Shown in pieces: positions 36,349 through 48,563 of a stretch of DNA of 64,000 nucleotides; the stretch's first letter is position 1; each line of letters opens with the position of its first letter. The notes under the pieces are model-generated. The model had not been told where the DNA came from, did not search any database, and was given only the letters and a program-made list of their open reading frames with translations. Source of the DNA: Guillardia theta CCMP2712. Lineage: Eukaryota; Protista; Cryptophyta. The position numbers were made by a program, and so were the translations under genes. The stretch covers positions 124,001 through 188,000 of the forward strand of contig NW_005434671.1 in assembly GCF_000315625.1 (NCBI RefSeq). The letters are read 5' to 3'.

Positions 36349-36427
36349 GGGTGCGAATCTTTCCACCCTTATTTCACACTTCTTACACTGACCTCGCCTG
36401 AAGCACATTCCTCCTCTACCTCGCACC

Positions 36428-36631
36428 ATGGCTCCCCTCCCTCCTCCTCGCTCTACCATCAAGATCGCACACGTGTCAGATTGGCTTCCCTCCTCACAGC
36501 TTCCGATCCTGTGCTCGTCGACTAGGCCAGGACCCAAGAACGGAGAAGCTCTGCTTCAAAGTGTGATGGCCGCGAGACGAAAAGCGACAAGGATCGGAGA
36601 GATGCCAGGAGATCAGAAGACGTCAGGATGA
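36428..36631 (+). CDS. Microprotein family copy 1 (67 aa)
   Basis: MAPLPPPRSTIKIAHVSDW...NGEALLQSVMAA; CGCACC-ATG context; paralogous to 39991 and 41210. Confidence 0.7.
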   Translation: MAPLPPPRSTIKIAHVSDWLPSSQLPILCSSTRPGPKNGEALLQSVMAARRKATRIGEMPGDQKTSG

Positions 36632-37537
36632 GCTTTCTCGATCGAACACAATTGAAGCGGAATGTGTGTAAATATTTTTCTTGTGTAAAGTACAGGGATG
36701 CAATAAACGAGTCTAGCATTTAGTGAAAGATAGGATATCCGCACGTATCGAGTCTTGGGTGAGCCTCCCAAGCTTGTACGAAATTTCTTTATGTTTACCA
36801 TCTCGGACGACATCGAGACGGAGGACAGATCAGCAGATTAGATGCTCCAAGGCATTGAGATCAGCGCGCACAGCAGCATGGCTCATGACGTGCAAACATC
36901 TTTCGATCAAGCAAGGTACATCAATGAGTGTTGTCAGGCCGCTGTGACGTCACGGGTTCATGGGAACTTGATGATCGAAGAGTGTGCTGAACCTGCAGGA
37001 AGCAAGTCGCTCTCGGGTGAACTTGGAAGCTGCGTTTGCTTCGCCGTCACGGGCTGAACTCGTGCGGTGAAGGAGGGAGAGGAAGTGATAGAGGAGGAGG
37101 AAGAGGGAAACTGAAAATGACAATCAGCCGCTAGCTAGTCAAATCCGTCTTGACCGCCCCCTTGAACTTGGAAGGAAAGTTTCAAAGTTTGAATCGAACA
37201 ACTTCAGCAACAAACTTTTGAGCAAACCTGTGACTCGAAGTTTCTTCGGTTGAAATGAGCCGTTGCTTTGAAAGTCATGGATTGTGGCCTAAATTTGTAT
37301 TTAAAAATTGAATTTCAAAAGTAGAAAAACTTTTCCTGGAAAATTTGTACACAATCCCCCGAATAGTTGCCAAAAGTACCAAATCATCGCTGACCGGAAC
37401 CGCGACCGGTAAATTCGTTCCAACGGCCAAAATCTGGCGTTGACAAGAGTGAAGTGAAGAAGCGACGAGCAACGAGCAAGGAGATCAGGCACGTGGGTCA
37501 GAAGATCAAGCTCAAGTTAGACCATCAGCAGCGATTC

Positions 37538-39654
37538 ATGTCTCGTACAGAAGTTCAGATCCCTAAGCTCCCGGGGTTTGGATTCTCCCATGTAAGTGCT
37601 CGTTGATCCTTGTCCTCACTTCCACTAATAATTTGCTGCAGCATGTTGGCAAAAGCGACTTCCGCAAGGCATCTCGTTTCGGATACAAGGATGGTCAGTG
37701 CATTTACACTCCGCGCGAGGAGCAAGAGCAAGCCAAGTTACTTGGCGATCGACCACTGACCAACACCCGACACCCTTTCGAAATGTCCTCGTCTGAGTGG
37801 ATGGCTAGCAAGAATCCTTTGCAATCAGAAAGTTCCTTCACCCCCAGATATGCTCTTCTCGACAAGAAGGTGCTGCGCTACTATGGTGTTTATGTGGATA
37901 CCGTTGATCCCTCTGTCATCGGAAGTGCTCCGCTTGATGCCCAGGTGAGAGACAACAACTTTGTGCATGAGTGCACCATTCTCTACTACCTCGAAGATGG
38001 CACCATGCAAGTCGGCGAGAAGAGGCAAGACAACAGCGGTATGATGCAGGGTCAAGTGGTGAAAAGAACGCACGTTCCCAAGCCCATTTACAATGAGGAA
38101 GGATGGATTCTTCCGAATCCCAATGAGGCTCCTAACGGCACAGCGAGCTTGCTCAACGATTCATCTTCAAGCCTGTCCTCGTTCTACACTCCTGATGACT
38201 TTGAGATTGGAGGAGAAATCAACATCTTTGGGAGGTTGTTCTACATCTTCGATTGTGATCAGTTCACCAGAGATTATCACGATCAAGTCTTGGGCCGCCC
38301 CATCGAACCGGCCGTAATCCATACAGCAAGGCAGAATGCCCCCAAGGACAAGTACATAGCGCATGTTACTAGGCAGAAGACGGCAAAGATGGAGCTCGCT
38401 CACCGTCATACAGCCTTTGCAGCCAGTGGAATCATCAAGGAGGAGGATCATGGGGCTTATCTCAAGTTCTTGCAGTGGGATACCAAGGTGCTCAGATTTT
38501 ATTGCGTGTGGGATGACAGACAGACCATGTACGGCGACCAAAGGAAGTTTGTGATTCGTTACTACTTAGCGAACGACACGATGGACATGGTGGAAGACAA
38601 AGTCGCCAACAGCGGGAGGGTGACGGGCAACTTCCTCAAGCGAGGCCGAGTGCCCAAGAAAACGCCAGCAAGCATTGTGGGGACGGGAGATGTCCACACG
38701 GGCGACTACTATACACCAGCTGACCTGATGGTGGGAGATACCATCACCATCTACAACAGGTCTGCAGCAGGAGGTGGTGCTGCTCTAGTGCTGATTGTGA
38801 TACGTAATTTGCAGGATCTTCTTCATCTATGGCTGTGATGAGTTCACAAGGAGATATTACGCACAAAACTTTGGGATTTCAGACATGCCCGAGTATGACG
38901 TCGAGCACGAGCAGCAGCCTCAGGCCATCGTTAGAGCGCCAGTTCCTCCATACACAGGTCCTCTCGTCCTGATGCTTCTTGTTGTCTCATGAAGTAGCTT
39001 GTAGGGTTTGGAACGCAGGAAGACTCTTTCGGCTCTGTTCTCTACCTGGTACCAAAACCGCCGCACAAGTCGTTCCAGAAGATGTTGGATGTAACATCGC
39101 TGTCATGTGAAACGAGCTGAGCTAATCAAGCATGTCAGAATGAGAAGAAGCGATTGAGGTTTCGAGCGAGGTTGGCAAAGCCCAAGGACTCGCTGGACGA
39201 GCAGAGGAGGTTTATCATCACCTACTTCATGGTGCAGACTCGTGCATGACTGGAGGGAGTCTGATAATCGATTCCAGGGGGATGATTCCATCTCTGTCTA
39301 TGAGGAGACGATCAACAACAGCGGGAGGGTAGGAGGTAAGAAAGACCTCTCCTGTTCTCTCGTCTTCTGCAACCAACTCATCTACATCCACTACAGGCAA
39401 GTTCCTTGAGAGAAGCAAGATAGCCAAGCCTGATCCCGAGCTCGGCTCATCCAACCTGGAATACTACGAGATTCAGGTTCCTGTCACGGCAGAGCTTGTA
39501 TGATTTCTTTGTCTCAACTCGTCGGCAGGACATGATTATCGACACCGTCGTGACCTTTAACTGCCATGAGTTCTACCTGATGGAGATTGACGAGTACAGC
39601 CGCAAGATCTTGTTGAAAATGTTTCCGGGGCGAGAGGACTTGGTGAAGAAGTAG
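37538..39654 (+). CDS. EFHC/RIB72-family DM10-domain axonemal protein
   Basis: N-terminal IPKLPGFGF; three DM10 domains (KVLRYY...YYLEDGTM, KVLRFY...YYLANDTM, RLRFRARL...RRFIITYF); no C-terminal EF-hands seen. Confidence 0.92.
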
Positions 39655-39990
39655 ATCATGGCTTAACAAGACTGACTCACGATGAATGAAATGTGCACTC
39701 CGAATCCCTGAAACTTGGATTGCCCAATCATGATAACTGAAGGTTCCAAGTTTTTTCCAAGAGTATGCCACTCATGACGTTTTTCACCGTGTCACTGAGC
39801 CCCGGGCCGCACCGGCCGGCCCGGTCGGACTGAAGAGTCTTTAAGAAGCCGCAACTAAGGCTCATGCCGAAAAAGGCAAACCTTTAAAATATTTTTTGAT
39901 TAAAATGATTTTAGATATCTCCCTGGATCGAGCAAAGATGCTCGCGCTGCTTGAGGGACTGACTCTTGCGACCCCCCCGCTCCTGCCGCC

Positions 39991-40203
39991 ATGTCGCCTC
40001 TCCCTCCTCCTGGCTTCACCATCAAGATCGCTCATGTCTCCACCTGGTCTCTTCCTTCGTCTACTCCCAGCTCAAATTCGTGGACCAGGCCTGAGTCGAG
40101 AAACGACGTTCTGCTTCAGAATGTGATGATAGCTAGGAGGATGACAATGTCAAGCCTGGAAGGAATCAGCGTAGACGGTGTAAATCAGATCGAGGTAATA
40201 TGA
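39991..40203 (+). CDS. Microprotein family copy 2 (70 aa)
   Basis: MSPLPPPGFTIKIAHVSTW...NDVLLQNVMIA; GCCGCC-ATG context. Confidence 0.7.
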   Translation: MSPLPPPGFTIKIAHVSTWSLPSSTPSSNSWTRPESRNDVLLQNVMIARRMTMSSLEGISVDGVNQIEVI

Positions 40204-41209
40204 TGATCATGATGATGATGAACCAGGTGGGGTGTAAATTGCTAAAGAAAGTACTTCTTGTCCAGACCATGTGTATATAAATAGAGTTCTCCTGAGAACG
40301 ATGTGTGATGTGCGCGACCAAAGAAGAAAATCATTTGCTTGACAACGCGACAATAATGATCAGATGCGGCAATGCATGATCAAACGATGTCGTCGGCGGC
40401 GGAAGCAGCAGCAGCCATCCCATCCCAATCATCTCCTGAAAGGCGAGCATCCTGCTGTGGCGAAGAAAATCAAGGTTTTCCTCCAACAAGATCAAGCTCC
40501 TAGCACGAGCTCCAGGTCCGTCGTCGTCATAAATGTAATTAACATTACCACCATCACCACCATCACCATCATCACCACCATCGTCTTCAACACCCCCTCT
40601 TAGCCACCACCATCAATGACAACTACAGCAGACGCAGAAGCAGCAACAAGATCAAGCAAGCAACGTGAACAAAAACAACAATGACGGAAGAAGGGAGGAG
40701 GCACGAACGACGAGATGATGATGAGATAGATAAAAAATAGGAAGTGCTGTGATAGTTGCCAGCTTTTGCTGTTCTTGTATCATCATTGAATATAGATGAC
40801 GATTCATCATTGTAACATTGATCACAGCTGAACAAAGATCGTGCAACTGATAAAACTCCCGACAGAGAAAGACATTCTGTACCATTCATGGAATTTGTCA
40901 CTGTCTCCATTCTCATCTCGGTTCACGATCAAGGGCGAGCGATCTGAATGTCGGAACGAGGAGGAGGCGACCGCGACAAGGCGGGGGTGGTCACAAGAAA
41001 AAAAAAAGAACAAAAGCTGAAAGAAAGAATATCCTTCGTTTGCAAGCGCTGCAGTTTTCGAGCGTTTGGTATCTCAGGAGTCATTGTTCTCGCGGAAGCT
41101 CATGAGTCAGATGTTTAACCCTTGCAACAAGTCGGGGCTCGGGGTGCGCATCTTTTACAAGTGCTTTATTGTTGTCCTTGTGTGTGCCCTTGGCTGCTCG
41201 CCGGCCGCC

Positions 41210-41404
41210 ATGTCGCCTCTCCCTCCTCCTCGCCTCACCATCAAGATCGCTCATGTCTCCGAATGGTCGCCTGCTTCATCACTCACGACCAAGTCTGCAT
41301 TCCACAACGGGGGAGCTCTGCTTTGGAACGTCATGGAGGCGACGAACAAGATGCAACAGAAATGTAGAATTGCAGCACAAGAGAGAAAGACAACGGCGCG
41401 ATGA
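41210..41404 (+). CDS. Microprotein family copy 3 (64 aa)
   Basis: MSPLPPPRLTIKIAHVSEW...NGGALLWNVMEA; GCCGCC-ATG context; internal Met of ORF 41066-41404. Confidence 0.7.
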   Translation: MSPLPPPRLTIKIAHVSEWSPASSLTTKSAFHNGGALLWNVMEATNKMQQKCRIAAQERKTTAR

Positions 41405-41541
41405 AGAACGACAGGACAGGGCTTACATGAGGTAGAAGAGGTGTGAGTTAAGCTCGGTGTACAGTAGAACAATCATAATAACAATACATAGTCGACATGC
41501 TACATCTGAGGTGCATCTATTTGCCTGGTCCACGGATCCAA

Positions 41542-44343
41542 CTAGCTCTGATTGCTGCTAGAAGGAGTCCTGCTGGGCACGATCATCTTAGATCCCAGCA
41601 GCGGAGTCAAGAGCTACGATCCGATCAGTCCCCATGACATGTTTGTGCGAGGCTTGTTACCTGTACGACGCTGTTCACAGCATCATAGAACACCTCGCGC
41701 GGTTGGATGGAGTCCGACGAAGTGTCATATACCAGCTGCTCCATGGTAACAAAGTCTGGGTCGTCCTCTGTAAATCGTGTCAGCCCCAAGACTCCCTCGC
41801 GACTTCCTTTCACTGCTTCAACCCCTAAATTGATCAAGTGTAGCTTCGACTGAACTTAACCCCCTTCTACCATCATTCCCTCTCTTGTCATAGAATCTTC
41901 AGCATCCTGGCTATACTTACCCGAAGGCAGCTTGGCGACTGCTGGCACGACGGGCAACCAGGCGGTGAAGACCGACGAGCTCTCATAGTCTCTCGTCTCG
42001 TCCATGTAGATCCAAACGAGCTTCTTGCCCAGCTCAAGGGCGACTAGAACCTCCGCTCGTAGATGAGGAGATGCTTCAACTTGCGCAGAGATGAGGCACA
42101 AGACAGCCTTTGCTCGGCAAACTCCTCGCGCAAGGTTGCAGGCCCCATCTTGAAACGTGGTGATGACCCGCAAGCCTCTTGTGTGCACACATGTCAAGAA
42201 GAGCGATACTGCCGCTGATAGTCTGTCACCTGCTCTCTAGCTCCACTCTCAGGAAGCTAGCGATCTTGTCGTGCGGACTTTGAACCGAGATCATTACGTC
42301 CTGTCAGCACTCAACACGGGAATGAAGAGCCAGTAACAAGTCACGATTCGATTCTCTTCTAATGAATCCATCGGATTGAGATCCTTCAAACACGAAATTC
42401 AGCCATCTTGCAACAGAAATGACTCACCAACATATTGTGGAGGAAACCCAAGAGCCCACAAAGCTGCTTCTGCTGCACAGCGAGCGACGTTGCTGCTGCT
42501 GTTTTTGAATACCTGAAAGTACTCTATGGTCAAACATTCACCATCAACCAAACGTCTCATCCAAGAGAGTTGTCAAGAACAAGCAGGCATCGTCAAGTTC
42601 GAGTGTGTGCCTACATTTGTGAGAATCGAGAGAATTTCGGATGTCTCTTCGATCACTCTGGCCTGAATCTTCTTGTTCTGTGCAAATCGAAGCAGCGATG
42701 TGCAACTAATCTCTTCTGCAACCGGATTCCTGTGCCGGCCGTCAAAGATAATGAGTAGCTCAAAATCACAAAATGTCTGATCATGTGCAAGCTCCACTCT
42801 GCATAGGTATATTCATGCATACAGCGAGATCAACTCACACAACTTTCTGCTTGAGGACCTGAGACATTGGTTACAATACTTCTGGTAGTTTAAAGAATCT
42901 CGGTGACCTTGACAAACAACGATGGGCAACCAAGTTCCAGTAGTTGCGCGTGCTGATCTTCATGTATGCAAAAGTTGCTGACAGACATACAAACTTTCCA
43001 TATCGTCCCATATCTCCCTCCGAACATCTAAATCGCCGAAACTCAACATAAGGAGCAAGCGGCACGAGATGATTGGTGAGAAAGAAGCAAGAGAGGTAGC
43101 ACCTTACGGTTGAGAACCGCTTTCAGGGCTGAAATGCATTTCACAACTATCTGATGCTCGTCATTCAGAATCTGAATCAAGTTCCTTCAGTTCTTCGCTC
43201 AAGGATCGATGAGTATCAGTAAAGCATATACCGGAAATTCTTGAATCGGCAAGCCCCCGGCTATGTTTGCAACTGCAAGGACTGCACTCATGCTGTTGAG
43301 CTCGATCTTGTCTTTGAGGACGATCGGACTGAGAGTCTCGACAACTCCATCCTGAAACAAAAGAGGCCTGCTGGCTGGCCTGTAGCTCAAGCTGCAAACA
43401 AAACCCACGGCTGCACTGACGACAAAATGTGGAGTATCTTCGTGTGATATCAAGTGTTTTGCTTTATCAAGGATGTTGTCCTTTAAGATGATGTCATGAA
43501 CATCCCATGAGCTGTTTGCTGTGTTGTTGAGGACATGGAAAATGCATTCACGAACTCTCCATGATATTCTTTTCTCGCTCAGCAACCCAGCAAGAATGCT
43601 TGGCAGAGATTTCCTCGAGTTGAGAATGGTCAAGTTTTCCTTCATCACCTGCACTCTTGCTTTGAGCTCGTTGCTTTTGGTCGCGTCAGCTGAGATAGCT
43701 TCTTCTTTCAACTGGTTGATGACGGTTTCTTCATCTTTTGCCATACTGCGAGCTTCTGACTTCCAGTTCCCAATGATGGTTTCAGCAACACGTGAATTAT
43801 CATAACTCAACTGCACAAGAGTTCTGAGACATCGCCAAACAAGAACTTCAGGTGTGTCTGATGCTGAGATCAGATCAACGAGAACTCCAGAAACATGCGG
43901 AAACTTTCCATATTCGCATACCAACGCCTGCCTCCGATTCTCAACGCTCTTGTTTTCATGTTCAGATAATCTCCAGCATTGAATGGCTGCTTCACATTTC
44001 GATTCAAGAGGAGCTCGTTTGCTCGTCAATGTTTCAAAACTATCCTCCAGGAACGAAAAAAATTCCGCATTCTCGACCTCAGACTCGAAGACAGCTTTAG
44101 AGACTACTGACATGACAAGTGTGACTTTTGTTGTCTCTTTGCAAAGATCTGCTCATTCCTTTCCAACTGCCATGACGGATCGTGAGAAGATTTGATCTAA
44201 GAAGCAACATCACAACACGGCATCAATCCCCTCCATTTCCTCTTCGCATGCAAAACTCAATCTTCTAAGAGATTTTTGACGTACATCTCGCTCGTCACAA
44301 CTCCACTATCTTCCATCTTCTGCATCTTGTCGACCCTGTTCAT
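41542..44343 (-). CDS. Armadillo-repeat protein with C-terminal TIR domain
   Basis: ARM-like helices in 43199-44113; spliced 3' exons read DVMISVQSPHDKIASFLRVELESRGLRV...KAVLCLISAQVEASPHLRAEVLVALELGKKLVWI (TIR_2 pattern). Confidence 0.7.
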
Positions 44344-44761
44344 CTCTGTCTCCTCTTTCTCCCTTCCTCCCTGCCTGTGATCCTCCTACTCTACGAATTT
44401 CGGATCCCCGACATGGTAACAAACTGACCGTTACATTGAATCGTTATTTGTAACCTTCAGTCTGTAACGATTGCCGAACCAGTGGCCTTTCGCTGCTATG
44501 CAGGTCAGTGCAGAGTGTATGGGAATGACGAGACAACAGGAATGCGGTCATCGTTGCTGATATCATTCGCATCATGAGAAAAATCGCTGCCGATGTCATT
44601 TTCAACCATCCGTGCAATCATTTTCATTTCCACCATCTCGTTGCCCGTTGCGTCAAGTGTGCAGTCCGTTGCTCTCTTTGTCGTCAGATTCCGAATTGTA
44701 GACGCTGCCTCCATGCTTTCCCAGACACTGTTTGATATTTTCTAGAACTTCATTTAGTGTC

Positions 44762-45867
44762 ATGGTTGTGGGATGTCGTACGACGAAAGTCCATGTTGTC
44801 TTGTGTTTGTTCAGTGGGGAGGTACACATTCTTTCGTCAGCCAACACAATTCTTGTAGTATTGATAGCTTTACTCGCAGAAGGCACACAAGCAACTTGCC
44901 CTAGTGGTTGGGCTGATCTTTCTTGGCTTGTGTGGTGTGATTACCCTTCTGTCAGTGAACCATCAGGTAAGGGTGAATTGTTGGATGGAAGTGCACTGAT
45001 AAAGTACACCAGCAACCTTCCTCTCTCCTGAATGTCGTCTCAAGAATCCACAGAAGATGGGGACCGCGTATCACTCAGCTTGCAGCAAGTGCAGACCCTG
45101 CAGCAGCGTCTCCCACGGAAGATTTGAATCATTACCTGCGAGCCAGCGCCGATAGCATTGCCTATTCCTGTGGAGGAAAGGAAGTTGCAGAAGTCTGCTT
45201 GTTATCCACAGAAACCTGTGTTGCGTCGATGCAGAAGAAGATACAATACACGACTGAACAAGCTATCAGCAGGCGAGTCCATACGATTCATGTGCATCTT
45301 CACAAGGGGTTCTTGCCTTACTGTATGCTTGACAGAGATCTGGGGACGTGCAGCTGCTTTCAACAGAATGGATGCTCGGCAGGCTGTAATGCAGCCATGC
45401 AGAGCATGTTCGGGGGATACATCTCCGTTGCCGGTAGGGTTTAGTCCTCACCAGTTAAAAACTCTCTGTGTAGCGTTGACCGATGTGCTCTTCTGGCAGA
45501 TTGCCCACTCGACACCTCGTCCTACATGTTTACAGGTGAGGACAATGGATGATTTCTTGCAAGTAATCTTGGCCATGGCACAGGATCAAACCCTTACGAC
45601 ATGTACGGAGAAGATATGTTTGGAAGCTACAGATATCCCGTGAGTCGCTGCCATCGTCTGGCATCCTGTCTGAACGAGCTTTCAGGGAGTTGTGTACAGC
45701 TCGGCTGGGGCCTTCTACAAGGCGAACCCTTCTAATCAGATGCTAGCTCAGGTACGATCTTTCGTGTGGCATGCTCGTGGAAGTGATATCGATGCAGGTT
45801 GAATCCAACGAGCCGATCTATCTCGTTCCTCGCGCTCGCAAACTTGCAATGGGGCGCAAGATTTGAT
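44762..45867 (+). CDS. Hypothetical secreted cysteine-rich protein (multi-exon)
   Basis: Hydrophobic LVVLIALLAEGTQA followed by TCPSGW; Cys-rich exons; regular short introns; boundaries approximate. Confidence 0.4.
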
Positions 45868-45983
45868 GCGTGAACAATCTATTCTTGTAGAACTAAACGA
45901 CCACGTTAGGGTTGGTGTTGGATAAAGAGAATCCTCGTCCTTCCCTCTTTTCTTGCTGACTCTCTCAGTGCGTCCATTGACTT

Positions 45984-47790
45984 TTAGGCTCCAACATGAG
46001 CCACACAAGTGGTAACAAGTTGCCCGTTGCGGATACGAGTCTCGTACTGTAAATCAATCAGTCCATCTGTCGTCCGAGGAATGAAACGTCAAACCTGCTC
46101 TGGGATTGGCAGCTCAGTTGGATCCTCCGCGTCGCTCTAGAGGAGAGTCAGCTGGAGGTGAGATGCAGAGAATACCTGAACCTTAGCTGGAAGGACGATG
46201 TTCAACTCAGAGCACTTGGAGGTTACAATCGCCACATCTTCGTCGACGCATCTCTGCGAGAGATACACGATGACGCCAGCGCAGCCGTCGATGGTGATCA
46301 TCGGGGTCCAGTCAAGGATCTGCCAGGAGCACTGAGCAACGGGCCTGCACTCTTGCAGGAGAAACCTGAATCTCACACGACTTGCAGTTGATCACGTCTA
46401 CTGAAGCCACGCACGAATCGACTACCATCGAAGTCTTCGTGCAGCCGTCCATCTGAACCGTGTTGATTTTGCCAGGGATCTAATTCCAGTCAGATCCCGC
46501 ATGCCATACCAGACTTGCATTGAACCTGGAGCAGCGATCCTTTGCATTGCGCCATACAGACAGAGGTCTTGGTGCTTGCATCATCAATCTTGAGGTCTCG
46601 ATTGTTCTCCATGTTCTCGATGAACCACTTGGCTCCATTCTTCTCCATCTTGGGAGGCTTCTTGGCAGGTTCGGCGCGGGATCTTGCAGGTCAAGACCGC
46701 TGTCAGACCGTTCGTGTCACTCCTCCCTTATGCTTACATGGTAGAGGAAGACTTCTCCTTGTCTGCTACCACAGATGAAGCGCGCAGGGCAGGATTCTTG
46801 TGAGTCATCTGATCTTTGCTCACCTACATAAGTTATATGATAACAATCAGTACACCCTGAAGACAACAGCCGAAATACCTTCTTCAAGCCTTTGGTCACG
46901 CCGCCTTCGCCTTTTGCGTTAATTTCGGCAAACAGAGCAGCATGGGCCGAGGGTCCCGAGCTTGCAGGCTTGGCGACATCATCGAAGAATCCTGCAGGAG
47001 GAGGGGGAGGAGGAGGAGGAGGACCTCCAGCAGGGGGAGGGGGAGGAGCACCGGAGGCTGTAGACGCGGCTTTTGCAGGTTCGCTACCCGCGGTGTAGTC
47101 TGGTAGCATCAAGGTTACATTCACGACGATCAAGACAATCAGCCGACCTGTTCCTCCTCTTGGATTCCAAGCGACGCCAGTTGTGTGATGTGCTTTCACG
47201 TACTTCTGGAGCTCGAGCAAGAACTGCTTGAAAGACTTGGCGAAGTTAACATGGTTCTCGTCCTTTCCTCGAAACTCCATCATGATCTTGTTGCCATACA
47301 TCTCGCTTGCGGGAATGACGTCACCCAAATAAGGAGCAGGAAGATCGATAGCAATCCATCCGAGGCATGCTGCACCCTCCGCAACCATGGCAAGATGGTT
47401 GAATCTGCTGCTCCTCCTGTCCTTGAGCGAGTCAACCTTTGACATGGCTTCAGAAACCGGAGCGAGAACTTTCTGCATGTCATTCGCATTGGGTTTCACA
47501 CACTTGCTTGCGATGACAAGAAACTTCCTCTGCTCGTTGATAGCTCCTCGGAAGGCAGTGATGACCCCTTCAACGTCTTTCTCAAAGGATTTCGCCGCAG
47601 TCTCAATGGGAGCAAAGTGCGTGTGGATCAATTCGTCGAATGCTTTGACAAATGGAGCATCTTCCTGAGGTGCAGCTTCCTGGCCTGCAGAAGCTCCTGG
47701 ACCTACACCGACTGAACGCATCCGTGACTCGATTGCTTCCAGCCTTGCTGCCACCGCCTCCAGACGAGAAATCGCTTCGGAACCATTCAT
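45984..47790 (-). CDS. CAP: Adenylyl cyclase-associated protein (CAP/Srv2)
   Basis: SRLEAVAARLE motif, FNHLAMVAEG, YVKAHHTTG, polyproline, WH2 ALFAEIN...TKGLKKV, C-terminal ITIDGCAG...TSKCSELN...ELPIPEQ. Confidence 0.95.
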
Positions 47791-48033
47791 CTGCAGATAG
47801 GAATGAGTTATCAGACAGGATCAGAGTTACTACTCATTGATTCAAACATCACAGGCCATGACGATGTAAACATCAAGATCAAGTATTGGCAAATGTCTTT
47901 TCTACACTCAGTTCGTGACTCGACCAACGTACCACGTCATCTGAACACGAGGATAGTACGCTAGGGCTGACAAAAGTACTGTGAAACTGAAAGCTTTCTA
48001 CAAGTATCAAGACATCTATCCTGATATGAGAAG

Positions 48034-48053
48034 GGAGCAGGAGCAGAAGCAGG

Positions 48054-48095
<42 letters not shown>
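48034..48095 (+). repeat. (GGAGCA)n microsatellite
   Basis: About 10 hexamer units. Confidence 0.9.
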
Positions 48096-48563
48096 GGGCA
48101 CATTTGGACAAACTCCTGGCACAGCCATGTGGCGCCAAAACCTTATGCAGTTCGAAATAATTGGGGTAGGGTAGAGGTAAGGGGGTAATTTGAATAGTAT
48201 GTCGGTGGTCAAACGGAGGGGTAGTCTGGTGTTGGGTCTGTCTACTGAACCCCAACAAAAAAGAAGGTAGGGGTGGTTACATTTTCCTAGTTCCTGTAGG
48301 GGGTAGTATCTTAAGATGTTTGCAAGGTGGATGGGTCAGTGTCACTATTTGAACACAGAGTCCGATCGTCGATCGGACCGGGGCGGCCGGCGGCGGGCCC
48401 TTCCCGGGGCCCGGCCAACGCCGACTCACGAGTCAGTCTGTCAGCGAGTTATCTGGCCCTCAGTACTGAGTGGCCCGGGCTGGGAGTGAAGGGCCGGGAT
48501 TTGCCAGTCACGGCCAAATAGCTTTATTACTTCCACGGGAGGCTTTAGATGATTTACCAGCCC

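Noticed and set aside
47879-48258. Poly-Leu, Pro-Ala and Ser-Cys ORFs (also 61940-62134)
   Set aside because: Frames of a GGAGCA microsatellite; the second copy is intronic.
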